A DNA stretch of 28,002 bases from Bradyrhizobiaceae bacterium. GTDB taxonomy: Bacteria; Pseudomonadota; Alphaproteobacteria; Rhizobiales; Xanthobacteraceae. The stretch covers positions 1 to 28,002 of the forward strand of contig JBEIPX010000001.1 of NCBI GenBank assembly GCA_040376815.1, written 5' to 3'. Positions 1 through 8,584 of this stretch are shown piece after piece. Each line of letters starts with the position of its first letter. The stretch's first letter is position 1. A program made the position numbers and the translations under genes. Under the pieces are notes generated by a model. It was not told where the DNA came from. It did not search any database and was given only the letters and a program-made list of their open reading frames with translations.

Positions 1-21
1 AATGTCCGGTGGAGAATGTCG

Positions 22-285
22 ATGGCCCGACACTTGCCGCTCTATCCGCCAGTCCTGATCCGTGGACGCACCGTTCGTTCGCTGGAGGAGGCCGCGTATC
101 AGTTGCGTCAGTACGCGATCGATCATCGCGATGAGGAAGCACGGCGGCTGGTGCATGCGATCCGCGATGTGCGCAGCGTGTTCGATGCCGAAGTCATCGA
201 AGGCCGCCTGCGCGCCTGGCTGATCGCAACCGACAACGAGCATACGCCGCGCCCGAACGGCGAGACGAAGAAATCGGTGGCGTGA
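22..285 (+). CDS. Small hypothetical protein (87-89 aa)
   Basis: ORF track 16..285. GGAG at 11-14 lies 7 nt before ATG 22, so 22 is the preferred start. Host-like codons; no family recognised. Confidence 0.5.
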   Translation: MARHLPLYPPVLIRGRTVRSLEEAAYQLRQYAIDHRDEEARRLVHAIRDVRSVFDAEVIEGRLRAWLIATDNEHTPRPNGETKKSVA

Positions 286-313
286 CGCCGATCGGCAAAG
301 CAGATGCTCGCCG

Positions 314-781
314 CTACCCGGCCTGCATCATCCTGTCCCAGCGTGCCTGCATTTCGGCCGGGCTGACGTTCTCGATCTTGCTTGCGATCTGCCAGGCGTA
401 GCCGAAGGGGTCCGCCACCATGGCTGTGCGATCTCCGTAGAATTCATCCTTCAGCTGACGCACGAGCGTTGCGCCTGCCGTGACCGCGCGCGCGACGGAG
501 GCGTCGGCATCGCGGACATACATCTGCAGTTTGATGGGACATCCGCCGATGGTTGCGGGACTGAGCGCGCCGAAGTCCGGATACTCGTCGGCGAGCATGA
601 TGAGCGCGCCCTCGATGCGGATTTCGGCGTGACCGATCTTGCCGGACGGCTCGACGAGGCGGAATTGCTCCGTGGCGCCGAACGCGGCCGCGTAGAAGTC
701 GATCGCCTTCGCGCAATGCCTGACGACCAGATAGGGGACGAGCGCGCTTTGTCCGGAGGGTACTGGATCGACAGTGGACAT
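314..781 (-). CDS. VOC/glyoxalase family protein (PhnB-like)
   Basis: PYLVV...AIDFYAAAFGA, GKIGHAEIRI, MLADEYP and FYGDRTAMVADPFGYAW are PhnB-type VOC motifs. GAAGGA SD 7 nt before ATG 781; alternative start 796. Confidence 0.9.
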   Translation of the reverse strand: MSTVDPVPSGQSALVPYLVVRHCAKAIDFYAAAFGATEQFRLVEPSGKIGHAEIRIEGALIMLADEYPDFGALSPATIGGCPIKLQMYVRDADASVARAVTAGATLVRQLKDEFYGDRTAMVADPFGYAWQIASKIENVSPAEMQARWDRMMQAG

Positions 782-803
782 TTCGGATTCCTTCATGTAT
801 TAA

Positions 804-821
804 TTACGTGACGATACGTAA
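804..821. promoter_or_regulatory. Candidate TetR operator, palindrome TTACGT-N6-ACGTAA
   Basis: Perfect 6-bp inverted repeat in the short AT-rich gap between the divergent VOC and TetR genes. Confidence 0.65.
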
Positions 822-839
822 CATAATAAAGTTCACAGC

Positions 840-1445
840 ATGAGTCAACGCGACGGCGGGGAAGCAACCGGGAAGAAGCGGGGCCGGCCCCGCGATCCGG
901 CGGCGCGGGTGAAAATCCTCGAAGCCGCACGCAAGCTCCTGAATGAAGGAGGTGTGGCAGCAGTGACGATGGAGGAGCTCGCGGCGCGCACCGGCGTCGG
1001 CAAGCCGACGATCTATCGCTCGTGGCCGAACGCCCAGGCCGTCGCCATGGCGGCGCTAATCGATGACCAGACGGCTGCGGGACCAGCGCGATCCAGCCGT
1101 TCGCTGATCCTCGAAGTGAAACGCGTGCTGCGCAGTCTGGTTGTTGTGTTCGCGTCACGTGCAGGCCGAAGTGCCGCGGCGCTCATCGCGGCAGCAGATC
1201 CCGACACTGAGATCGCGAAAGCGTTTCGTCATCACGTGATCCTGCGGAGCCGCGAGCAAATCCGCGAGCTGATCGCTCGAGCCATCGACGCAGGCGTGGT
1301 GCGGGTTGGCACCGACATCGACGTTGCTGTCGATCTCATCGTCGCTCCCGTGTTCTTTCGCCTTCTGCTTGGGCATGGACCGAACGACGAGGCGTTCGCC
1401 GATTCCGTCGTCGATCATGTGCTCGCGGGAATTCGAGCTGAGTAG
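840..1445 (+). CDS. TetR/AcrR family transcriptional regulator
   Basis: KRGRPRD, ILEAARKLL and TMEELAARTGVGKPTIYRSW form the TetR HTH; helical C-terminal domain follows. Confidence 0.93.
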   Translation: MSQRDGGEATGKKRGRPRDPAARVKILEAARKLLNEGGVAAVTMEELAARTGVGKPTIYRSWPNAQAVAMAALIDDQTAAGPARSSRSLILEVKRVLRSLVVVFASRAGRSAAALIAAADPDTEIAKAFRHHVILRSREQIRELIARAIDAGVVRVGTDIDVAVDLIVAPVFFRLLLGHGPNDEAFADSVVDHVLAGIRAE

Positions 1446-1499
1446 ACCGCAGCCCTGGCTCCAGCTTTTGCTTTGTAGCCGCGCGGTTGCTCGCCGCGA

Positions 1500-2360
1500 T
1501 CAGGCGAAGCGGCGCGCGCCGGCAACGCAGACGACGACGATCGCGGTGGATGCGATCATGGTCCAGGCGATCGGCTCGTGCAGCAGCACGGCTGCCAGAA
1601 CCAGCCCGAAAAACGGCTGGAGCAGTTGCAGCTGGCTCACGCCCGCGATGCCGCCGAGCGCGAGGCCGCGATACCAGAAGACGAAGCCGATCAGCATGCT
1701 GAAGGTCGAAACGTAGGCAAGGCCGATCCAGGCCGGCGCGCCGATCCCGCTCCAGCTCGAAGGCAGGGTGATCAGGGTCAACACAGCCATCACCGGCAGC
1801 GACATGAGCAGCGCCCACGAGATCACCTGCCAGCCACCGAGCCGGCGCGAAAGCGTCGCGCCTTCCGCATAGCCCAGTCCGCACACCAGAACGGCGGCGA
1901 TCATCAGCAGGTCGCCGGTGATCGAGCCGCCGTCGCTTTGCGAGAGCGCAAAGCCTGCGACGGTCGCGGCGCCGAGCAGCGAGAACAGCCAGAAGGCGGG
2001 ACTTGGACGTTCGCCTCCGCGCACGACGCCGAACAGAGCGGTTGCGAGCGGCAAGAGGCCGATGAAGACGATCGAGTGCGCGGCGGTGATGTGCTGGAGC
2101 GCGAGTGCGGTCAGCAGCGGAAAGCCGATCACCACCCCGAGCGAAACGATCACCAGCGGAATGACGTCGGTGCGCGCCGGCCGTGTCTGGCGGATCGCCA
2201 GCAGCAGCGCAGCACCGAGCAGCGCAGCGATGACCGCGCGCGCGGACGTGAGAAACACCGGCGAGAAGTCGGCGACGGCGGCGCGGGTGGCCGGCAGCGA
2301 TCCGCTGAAGATGATGACGCCGAGCAGCCCGTTGCCCCAGCCTGCAGTGGTTCGTTCCAT
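1500..2360 (-). CDS. DMT/EamA family transporter
   Basis: About 10 hydrophobic segments with an internal repeat (IFSGSLPATR; FWYRGLALGGIAGVSQLQLLQPFFG). Start trimmed to MERTT (ATG 2360). Confidence 0.92.
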   Translation of the reverse strand: MERTTAGWGNGLLGVIIFSGSLPATRAAVADFSPVFLTSARAVIAALLGAALLLAIRQTRPARTDVIPLVIVSLGVVIGFPLLTALALQHITAAHSIVFIGLLPLATALFGVVRGGERPSPAFWLFSLLGAATVAGFALSQSDGGSITGDLLMIAAVLVCGLGYAEGATLSRRLGGWQVISWALLMSLPVMAVLTLITLPSSWSGIGAPAWIGLAYVSTFSMLIGFVFWYRGLALGGIAGVSQLQLLQPFFGLVLAAVLLHEPIAWTMIASTAIVVVCVAGARRFA

Positions 2361-2424
2361 ATCGTCCGGCTTTCCTTGGCACGCTTCGTAGCGAACGAAG
2401 GCTGGCGCGAGAAGAGACAGTGGG

Positions 2425-2467
2425 CATACAATTAGGCCAATCTGTATGGCTGATATGGTCGATACAG
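2425..2467. promoter_or_regulatory. Candidate MocR operator: ATACA (2426-2430), inverted TGTAT (2443-2447), ATACA (2462-2466)
   Basis: Two direct motifs and one inverted motif between the divergent EamA and MocR genes, the layout typical of MocR/GabR sites. Confidence 0.55.
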
Positions 2468-2481
2468 TTGCGGAGCAGAGC

Positions 2482-3885
2482 ATGACCGAAACGGGCCTGA
2501 CACGGACGGCGGCGCTGATGAGCGATGTGCGCAGCAAGATCGCGAACAGGGCGCTCGCGCCCGGCGATCGTCTGCCGTCGGTGCGCCGTTTCGCCGGGAC
2601 GATGGGTGTGTCTCCGTCGACCGTCGTCGAGGCCTACGATCGTCTGGCCGCCGAAGGGATCATTCGTGCGCGGCGCGGGTCCGGCTTCTACGTGACGACC
2701 ACGAACCTGCCGCCGATGGCGCTGGCCGAGATGGGCGCGCCGCGCGCGCGCGATGTTGATCCGTTCTGGATTTCCCGGCAATCGCTCGACGCCGATCCGT
2801 CCGTCCTCAAGCCCGGGTGCGGCTGGCTGCCTGCCGACTGGATGCCGAACGATGGGCTGCGCAAGGGATTGCGCACGCTCGCGCGCGCGGATGAGGCGAT
2901 GCTTTGCGAGTATGGCAGCACGCGCGGGTCGCTCGCGTTGCGCCGTCTGCTGCTCGCCCGGTTCGCGGACGAGGGGCTCGCGGCGACGCCGGACCAGATC
3001 ATGCTGACAAACTCAGGCACGCAGGCGATCGATCTGATCTGCCGGTTGCTGCTGCGACCGGGTGATACCGTTCTCGTCGACGATCCCTGCTATTTCAACT
3101 TTCAGGCACTGTTGCGTGCGCATCAGGTGAAGATCGTCGGCGTTCCGTTCACGCCGGCAGGTCCCGATGTATCCGCGTTCGAGCAGGTGCTCGCCACAGA
3201 GAAGCCGCGGCTCTACATCACCAACGCAGCGCTGCATAATCCGACCGGCGCGAGCCTGTCGCCGCAGACCGCGTACCGCGTACTCAATGCGGCGGCCGCG
3301 CACGATCTCACCATCGTCGAGGACGAGGTCTTCGCCGATTTCGAACCAGCGCTGTCGCCGCGCCTCGCCATTCCCGATGGCCTCAATCGCGTCATCCGGA
3401 TCGGCAGTTTCTCGAAGACACTGTCGGCTTCCGTGCGCTGCGGATATATCGCCGGCCGCGCCGACTGGATCGAAGGGCTGGTCGATCTCCAGGTGGCCAC
3501 GAATTTCGGAGGTCCGGGACCGGTTGCGAGCGAGCTGATCGCCAGCGTGCTGGTGGGCGGCACCTATCGCAAGCACATGGAGGAGGTGCGCCGGCGGCTC
3601 ACCCGCGCGCGGCGCGAGGCCGTCGATCGGCTCGCACTTCTTGGCATCGTGCCGTGGATCATCCCGCGCGGCGGCTTCTATCTCTGGTGCCGGCTGCCCG
3701 ACGGATATGATTCAGCCGCGATCGCGCGGCGCTGTATGGAGGACAGGATCATGCTGGCGCCGGGAAACGTCTTCAGCATCTCGCAGTCGGCGGCCTCGTT
3801 CATGCGCTTCAACATCACGCATCTCGGCGACAGGCGAATCTGGATCGCCCTGAAAAAGGCGATGGAGGATCGCGGACCGGCATGA
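2482..3885 (+). CDS. MocR/GabR family regulator (GntR wHTH plus PLP aminotransferase-like domain)
   Basis: GDRLPSVRRFA...VSPSTVVEAYDRLAAEG wHTH; IVEDEVF and GSFSKTLS (PLP Lys). GGAG SD 6 nt before ATG 2482; the ORF track starts at 2446. Confidence 0.93.
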   Translation: MTETGLTRTAALMSDVRSKIANRALAPGDRLPSVRRFAGTMGVSPSTVVEAYDRLAAEGIIRARRGSGFYVTTTNLPPMALAEMGAPRARDVDPFWISRQSLDADPSVLKPGCGWLPADWMPNDGLRKGLRTLARADEAMLCEYGSTRGSLALRRLLLARFADEGLAATPDQIMLTNSGTQAIDLICRLLLRPGDTVLVDDPCYFNFQALLRAHQVKIVGVPFTPAGPDVSAFEQVLATEKPRLYITNAALHNPTGASLSPQTAYRVLNAAAAHDLTIVEDEVFADFEPALSPRLAIPDGLNRVIRIGSFSKTLSASVRCGYIAGRADWIEGLVDLQVATNFGGPGPVASELIASVLVGGTYRKHMEEVRRRLTRARREAVDRLALLGIVPWIIPRGGFYLWCRLPDGYDSAAIARRCMEDRIMLAPGNVFSISQSAASFMRFNITHLGDRRIWIALKKAMEDRGPA

Positions 3886-3901
3886 GGGGGATGAAGGGAA
3901 G

Positions 3902-3978
3902 TGGCGCACCCGACACGATTCGAACGTGTGACCTTTGCCTTCGGAGGGCAACGCTCTATCCAGCTGAGCTACGGGTGC
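3902..3978 (-). tRNA. tRNA-Arg: tRNA-Arg, anticodon CCG, encoded CCA end
   Basis: Reverse complement GCACCCGTAGCTCAGCTGGATAGAGCGTTGCC-CT-CCG-AA-GGCAAAGGTCACACGTTCGAATCGTGTCGGGTGCG-CCA: 77 nt with D arm, anticodon arm and TTCGAAT T-loop. Confidence 0.97.
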
Positions 3979-4071
3979 GTTGGCCTTCACTTACCCGATT
4001 GGGGCGGGGCGGGCAACGGCTGCGGGGGTGTGAAGGCGGGCGGCGGATGCCGCCCCGTTGCAATCCTATAA

Positions 4072-4839
4072 CTATTGCGCGCTCGCCAGCACCCATCCCG
4101 CGAACGATTGCCAGGCAGGCGAGGTGCTGACCGGTAGCGACAGGAACTTGATCGCCACATAGATCGCCCCGCCGATGACATAGACCTGATGCGGACGGCC
4201 ACGGGTGCGCCAGTCGAAGATCATGGCGATCACGATCAGAAGTGCTGCGATCATGGCCGGCGGTAGCGTCACCGCAACCGGCGGCGGGCCCATGGCGCCC
4301 GGGGGAGCAAGGAACACCAGAAACCAGCGAGCGATCGCCGCGTCCAGGATCGAGATCGCTGCGAGCAGCATCAGCCGTTTGTGTGTCTCGCGCCGCTTCG
4401 CCATGGCGACGCCGATCGCGAATACTGTTGCGAAGAAGAGGATGCCAGCCAGCGGGACGATGACGAAGGTCAACCCTTCCTTTGTCATGCCGATCGCGGC
4501 AGCCGACTTCATCGCGTTGATGCCGGCCTGAATTCCGAGAATCGTCATCGCGGTCGCGAAGGCGACGCCGATCAAGCCGACGCTCTTGTGCCGGACCGTG
4601 CGGCCCGATGCGCCGAGCCAGCTTTGGTAAATGAAGAACAGGCTCCAGGCGAAGAAAACGATGCCATGGATGTGGACGACAGGGCTCGCTTTCAACGAGC
4701 CCTTGGCCAGCGGTACGAAGTAAGTGGGTGCGAAGCCGAGAAAGGCAACGGCCGCGCAGGCGATCGCCATGTAGAAATAGAAGAACTGAGATTCGGTGCG
4801 CCCAGCGGTGCGCACGCGATCGTCAATCGTCATGGTCAT
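4072..4839 (-). CDS. Multi-pass membrane protein with His residues in or next to helices (DUF2306/cytochrome b561-like, tentative)
   Basis: About 7 hydrophobic segments; VHIHG, RHKSVG and THKRLMLLA motifs. Confidence 0.75.
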   Translation of the reverse strand: MTMTIDDRVRTAGRTESQFFYFYMAIACAAVAFLGFAPTYFVPLAKGSLKASPVVHIHGIVFFAWSLFFIYQSWLGASGRTVRHKSVGLIGVAFATAMTILGIQAGINAMKSAAAIGMTKEGLTFVIVPLAGILFFATVFAIGVAMAKRRETHKRLMLLAAISILDAAIARWFLVFLAPPGAMGPPPVAVTLPPAMIAALLIVIAMIFDWRTRGRPHQVYVIGGAIYVAIKFLSLPVSTSPAWQSFAGWVLASAQ

Positions 4840-4985
4840 AAATCAGATCCAAAAATCGTGATGGCGTCGGTCTGGAATGCAATTCGGTAAAGTGACGATC
4901 AAACGGCCGCGGGTCTGACCTTCAAATCCGGAAGGAATGTGGCAGGCGCTTTCAAAATAAGCACGCTCGCGCTAGTTGCCGAGGA

Positions 4986-5678
4986 TCAGAATTTCTCCAC
5001 CCACGGCCGTAGTTCGACCTCGAGCGACCAGGCGCTGCGGTGCTGGCGCAGCACATCGAGATAGGTCTGCGCGATCGCGTCCGGATCGAGCCGGTTATCG
5101 TCGGTATCGGGGCGGGTGGCGCTGCGCACGCCGCCGTCGATGACGAAATGCGCGACATGGATGCCCTTGGGCCCGAGCTCGCGGGCCGTACTCTGCGCGA
5201 GCCCGCGCAGCGCGAACTTGCCCATCGCGAATGCGGCCGACAACGGAAATCCTTTCACGCCTGCGGTCGCGCCGGTGAGGAAGATCGCACCGCGGCCGCG
5301 CGGGAGCATCCGCCGCGCCGCCTGCTGCGTCACCAGGAACGCGCCGAACGCGGAAATCTCGACGGCCTTGCGCACCGCTTCCGGATCGAGGTCGGCGATC
5401 GGTCCCGGCGCGCGGGCGCTGGCGTTGTAGACCACCACATCCGGCTCGCCGATCTGTTTGTCCGCGTCTGCGAACAGCCTGGCCACCGCAGCCGGATCAG
5501 ATGCGTCGGTCTGGAACGCCGTGGCTTTGGTTTCGGCGACCAGCGGCGCAAGTTTGTCGACATTGCGGGCCGCGATGCCGACCTTGATGCCGTTCGCCGT
5601 CAGAAGCCGCGTCAACGATGCGCTGATGCCGGAACCCGCGCCGACGATCAGCGCAGTGCGAAACCCTGTGTCAGCCAT
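4986..5678 (-). CDS. SDR family NAD(P)-dependent oxidoreductase
   Basis: IVGAGSGISA Rossmann motif, VVYNASA, FLTGATA and FAMGKFALRGLAQS (FxxxK variant of YxxxK). Confidence 0.92.
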   Translation of the reverse strand: MADTGFRTALIVGAGSGISASLTRLLTANGIKVGIAARNVDKLAPLVAETKATAFQTDASDPAAVARLFADADKQIGEPDVVVYNASARAPGPIADLDPEAVRKAVEISAFGAFLVTQQAARRMLPRGRGAIFLTGATAGVKGFPLSAAFAMGKFALRGLAQSTARELGPKGIHVAHFVIDGGVRSATRPDTDDNRLDPDAIAQTYLDVLRQHRSAWSLEVELRPWVEKF

Positions 5679-5696
5679 CGTGACCTCTTGTTGAAT

Positions 5697-6929
5697 TTAC
5701 GAGCGGGCGGGACTGAAGATCGCAAGCGGCGCCGCCACGCCGCGCAAGCTGTGATCGCCGAGATGGTCGAGCGGCACGTCGAGGTGACGCGCCACGGCTT
5801 CGGTGATCAGGATGTCGCGATGGAGCGTTTTCTGAAGCGCTTCCACCCGGCTGGTTTCGTTCACGGCCGAGCCGATCACGGTAAAGTCGAGCCGGTCCGG
5901 CGCACCGATGTTACCGAAGAACACTTCGCCTTCATGCAGCGCAATGCCGCTGCGCAAGGGATTCCAGCCCTTGATGAGGTTCAGGGGCGGTGGCGACTGC
6001 GCATTCAGCCGTGCGAGGTCTCGCACGGCCTGTTGCGCGGCCGTCAGCGCGGCCTTCGCGGCAGCCGCACGCTGATCGTCGGCGCCGATCGGAAACACCG
6101 CAAGCAGGCCGTCGCCCATGAACTTCAGAACCTCGCCGCCGTTCGAGAGCACAGCGCCGGCGAGCGTCTCGAAATAGGCGTTGAGCACCATGATCATCTC
6201 GGCGCCGGAAAGCCGGCTCGACAGATCGGTGAAGCCGCGCAAATCCGAGACCCAGATGATGGAGCGAATCGATTCGCCTGAGCCGCGCTGGATCGATCCG
6301 GCCAGCACCTTTACGCCGGCAACCGTGCCGAGATAGGCGTTCAGCGCATTCTCGGCGATGCGCGAGGCGATGTGCCGCTCCACATGCAGAGAAAACAGGC
6401 GAAGCAGGTGGGTGATCTGGCTGATCTCGGCTTCGGTAAATCCGCTCTGCCGGGTCGTTGCAAAGGTGATGATGTGGCGATATTCGCCGCCGCCCATCGG
6501 CATCGCGACATACTCGTGGATGCCGGCCTCGGCCAGCTCGGTCATGATCGGAAACTCGGCCTGCGACTCCGGCAGTTGCGGATTGCGGCGCAGGCATTGC
6601 CGCGTCTCGATGACACGTGCGATCGTGTTGCGCTTGAAACTGTCGGTGTCGCTTGCGCCGTGAGCGACCTTGAACTCGTCGCAAAGTTCGTCGGACCGCC
6701 GCCAGTTCCAGCCAAAGCCGAGCAGCTGCGGATGCAGCGTCGTGATGTGCAGGGTTGTGCGATCGATCGGAAGCTCGGCTGCGATCATGTGCCAGATGAA
6801 GGCTTCCAACAGGAGAAGCATGTCGTTCTCGAGCGTGGCGCCGTGCAGCAGCCACTCCTCGACATCAGCAATAGTAGCCTTGGCAGGTGCAGAAGCCGCA
6901 CCGCGCGCCGAACGTTTGATCAACGTCAC
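5697..6929 (-). CDS. Soluble class III adenylate/guanylate cyclase with N-terminal GAF-like domain (predicted adenylyl)
   Basis: SDLRGFT (metal Asp), KFMGDG (purine Lys plus second Asp), LDFT and VNETSR (Asn/Arg). Start uncertain: GTG 6929 or 6935; the ORF is open to 7022. Confidence 0.88.
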   Translation of the reverse strand: MTLIKRSARGAASAPAKATIADVEEWLLHGATLENDMLLLLEAFIWHMIAAELPIDRTTLHITTLHPQLLGFGWNWRRSDELCDEFKVAHGASDTDSFKRNTIARVIETRQCLRRNPQLPESQAEFPIMTELAEAGIHEYVAMPMGGGEYRHIITFATTRQSGFTEAEISQITHLLRLFSLHVERHIASRIAENALNAYLGTVAGVKVLAGSIQRGSGESIRSIIWVSDLRGFTDLSSRLSGAEMIMVLNAYFETLAGAVLSNGGEVLKFMGDGLLAVFPIGADDQRAAAAKAALTAAQQAVRDLARLNAQSPPPLNLIKGWNPLRSGIALHEGEVFFGNIGAPDRLDFTVIGSAVNETSRVEALQKTLHRDILITEAVARHLDVPLDHLGDHSLRGVAAPLAIFSPARS

Positions 6930-7086
6930 GCCCACCGGATAGGTGCGAGAACCGTCCTGAATTGAGGTGGGCGCGGATGCTGATGTCACAAAACGTACTC
7001 GGGAATGGCGGGCTGAGATCAAAGGTGTTCATTCGGGCGCGGCTTGGCAAGCCCTTCCCCGGCGAAGATGCAAACGAGGGATGACG

Positions 7087-8472
7087 TTATGCGACCGGCC
7101 TGATCGCGATCCGCAAGCCGTCCTTCGGCTTCGGGATCGGCCACATTTGCCAATCCGGCTTGTAGCCCGCGGGCAGCGCGACTTCGATATTTTGCAGCAA
7201 ATGCCGCGTGAAGCACTTCGCCTGCATGACGGCGAAGTGCAGGCCGAGGCACATGTGCGCGCCGCCGCTGTAGGGCACCCATGCGAACTTGTGGCGCCTG
7301 CGCGTCGCCTCGTCGGTAAAGCGCATCGGATCGAAGCGATCCGGCTCGGGCCAGTGCTCGGCCATGTGGTGGGTGTAGAGCGGATTGAAGCCGCACAGCG
7401 TGCCTGCGGGAATATCGTAGCCGCGGAACGAGAAATTGCGCGTCGCCCGGCGCGGGATCGACGGCACCGGCGGAATCAGCCGCAGCGCTTCCTTGAAGGC
7501 CATCTCCGCGAGCGGCATGGCTTCCAGCTTCTCGAACTGTAACGGCTCATTGGGCCTGATGCCGAGCGCGCGCACTTCCGCGCGCAGCTTCTCCTGCCAC
7601 TGCGGATCGGCCGCGAGGAAATACACCAGCGAGGTGAGCGACGACGTCAGCGTATCGTGCGCCGCCATCACCAGGAAGCTCATGTGATCGACAATATCCT
7701 GCGTCGACAGCAGCGCGCCGTCGTCATGGGTGGCGCGGCAGAGCTGCGAGAACAGGTCGTCGCCGCCCTTCTCGCGGCGGATCGGAATCTGCTTCGAGAA
7801 GTAGGCGACCACGCGCTTGCGGCCGTTGACGCCGCGCGCCATCTGCGTGCCGGGCCAGGGTTTGCGGATCGGTGCTACTGACGCTGCGACCATGTCGACG
7901 AACGCAGCCGTGATGTCATCGACTTCCACGCCGATCTCGGCGCCGAGGAATGAGGTCGCGGCGAGATCGAGCGTGAGCTGCTTCATCGCGGGGTAGAATT
8001 TCATCTCCGTCGGATTGCTGCGCCACTGCGCGACGCGGCGGGCAATGCCGTCGTCGAGCTGCGCGAGATAGGATTTCATCGGTCCGGCCTTGAAAGCGAC
8101 CGAGAGCGCACGGCGATGCAGGCGATGCTCCTCGAAGTCGAGCAGCATCAGGCCGCGCGGGAACAACTGATCGAGAATCGTCCCCCAGCCGTGCGTCGAG
8201 GAGAACAGCTTGGTCTGGTCGAACAGGATCAGCTCGTTCGCTTCGGGCCCGAGCATGGTGATCGAGGTTTCGCCGAGCACGCGCGAGCGATAGACCGGGC
8301 CGAAGCGCTGCGCCATGCGCTCGACTTCACCCTTCGGATCGGCGAGCACGCTGAAGGTGCGGCCGACGATCGGCCAGCCCTCGTCGCCGGGAATATGCGC
8401 CAGTGCCTTGCGATCCATCCGGATGGTTGGGGTCTGAGCGGGGGCGGACGACGCGACACCTTGCATGGACAT
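7087..8472 (-). CDS. Cytochrome P450 (AAHDT I-helix type)
   Basis: AAHDT I-helix, EALR (ExxR), PDRFDP and YSGGAHMCLG heme-Cys loop. Start MSMQG at 8472 or 8466. Confidence 0.95.
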   Translation of the reverse strand: MSMQGVASSAPAQTPTIRMDRKALAHIPGDEGWPIVGRTFSVLADPKGEVERMAQRFGPVYRSRVLGETSITMLGPEANELILFDQTKLFSSTHGWGTILDQLFPRGLMLLDFEEHRLHRRALSVAFKAGPMKSYLAQLDDGIARRVAQWRSNPTEMKFYPAMKQLTLDLAATSFLGAEIGVEVDDITAAFVDMVAASVAPIRKPWPGTQMARGVNGRKRVVAYFSKQIPIRREKGGDDLFSQLCRATHDDGALLSTQDIVDHMSFLVMAAHDTLTSSLTSLVYFLAADPQWQEKLRAEVRALGIRPNEPLQFEKLEAMPLAEMAFKEALRLIPPVPSIPRRATRNFSFRGYDIPAGTLCGFNPLYTHHMAEHWPEPDRFDPMRFTDEATRRRHKFAWVPYSGGAHMCLGLHFAVMQAKCFTRHLLQNIEVALPAGYKPDWQMWPIPKPKDGLRIAIRPVA

Positions 8473-8546
8473 GGATTGGCTCCCTGGATCGGTTCCTTGC
8501 CGCTGGATGCAATGACAGCGTGACGGAAGCTCGGGACCAAAGGGTG

Positions 8547-8562
8547 TCCGCCCGAAGGCGGA
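8547..8562 (-). other. GC hairpin with C(UUCG)G tetraloop 22 nt after the selO stop
   Basis: Minus strand TCCGCC-TTCG-GGCGGA. No U-tract follows, so a stabiliser or pause site fits better than a classic terminator. Confidence 0.4.
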
Positions 8563-8584
8563 TTTGCAAGTCCGAAAGTGGGGG

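Noticed and set aside
1336-2781. 481-aa minus-strand ORF and the similar Arg/Ala-rich ORFs at 1578..2435, 5040..6281, 5932..6855 and 13188..14018
   Set aside because: Alternate-frame or antisense shadows of recognised genes, with low-complexity composition.
1-3978. Genomic island integrated at the 3' end of tRNA-Arg(CCG)
   Set aside because: No integrase, and no duplicate of the tRNA 3' end (TGGCGCACCCGA) found in 1-3901. The genes have host-like codons. An att site beyond the window cannot be excluded.
3712-3990. 92-aa ORF across the tRNA
   Set aside because: A translation of the tRNA gene and the antisense strand of mocR.
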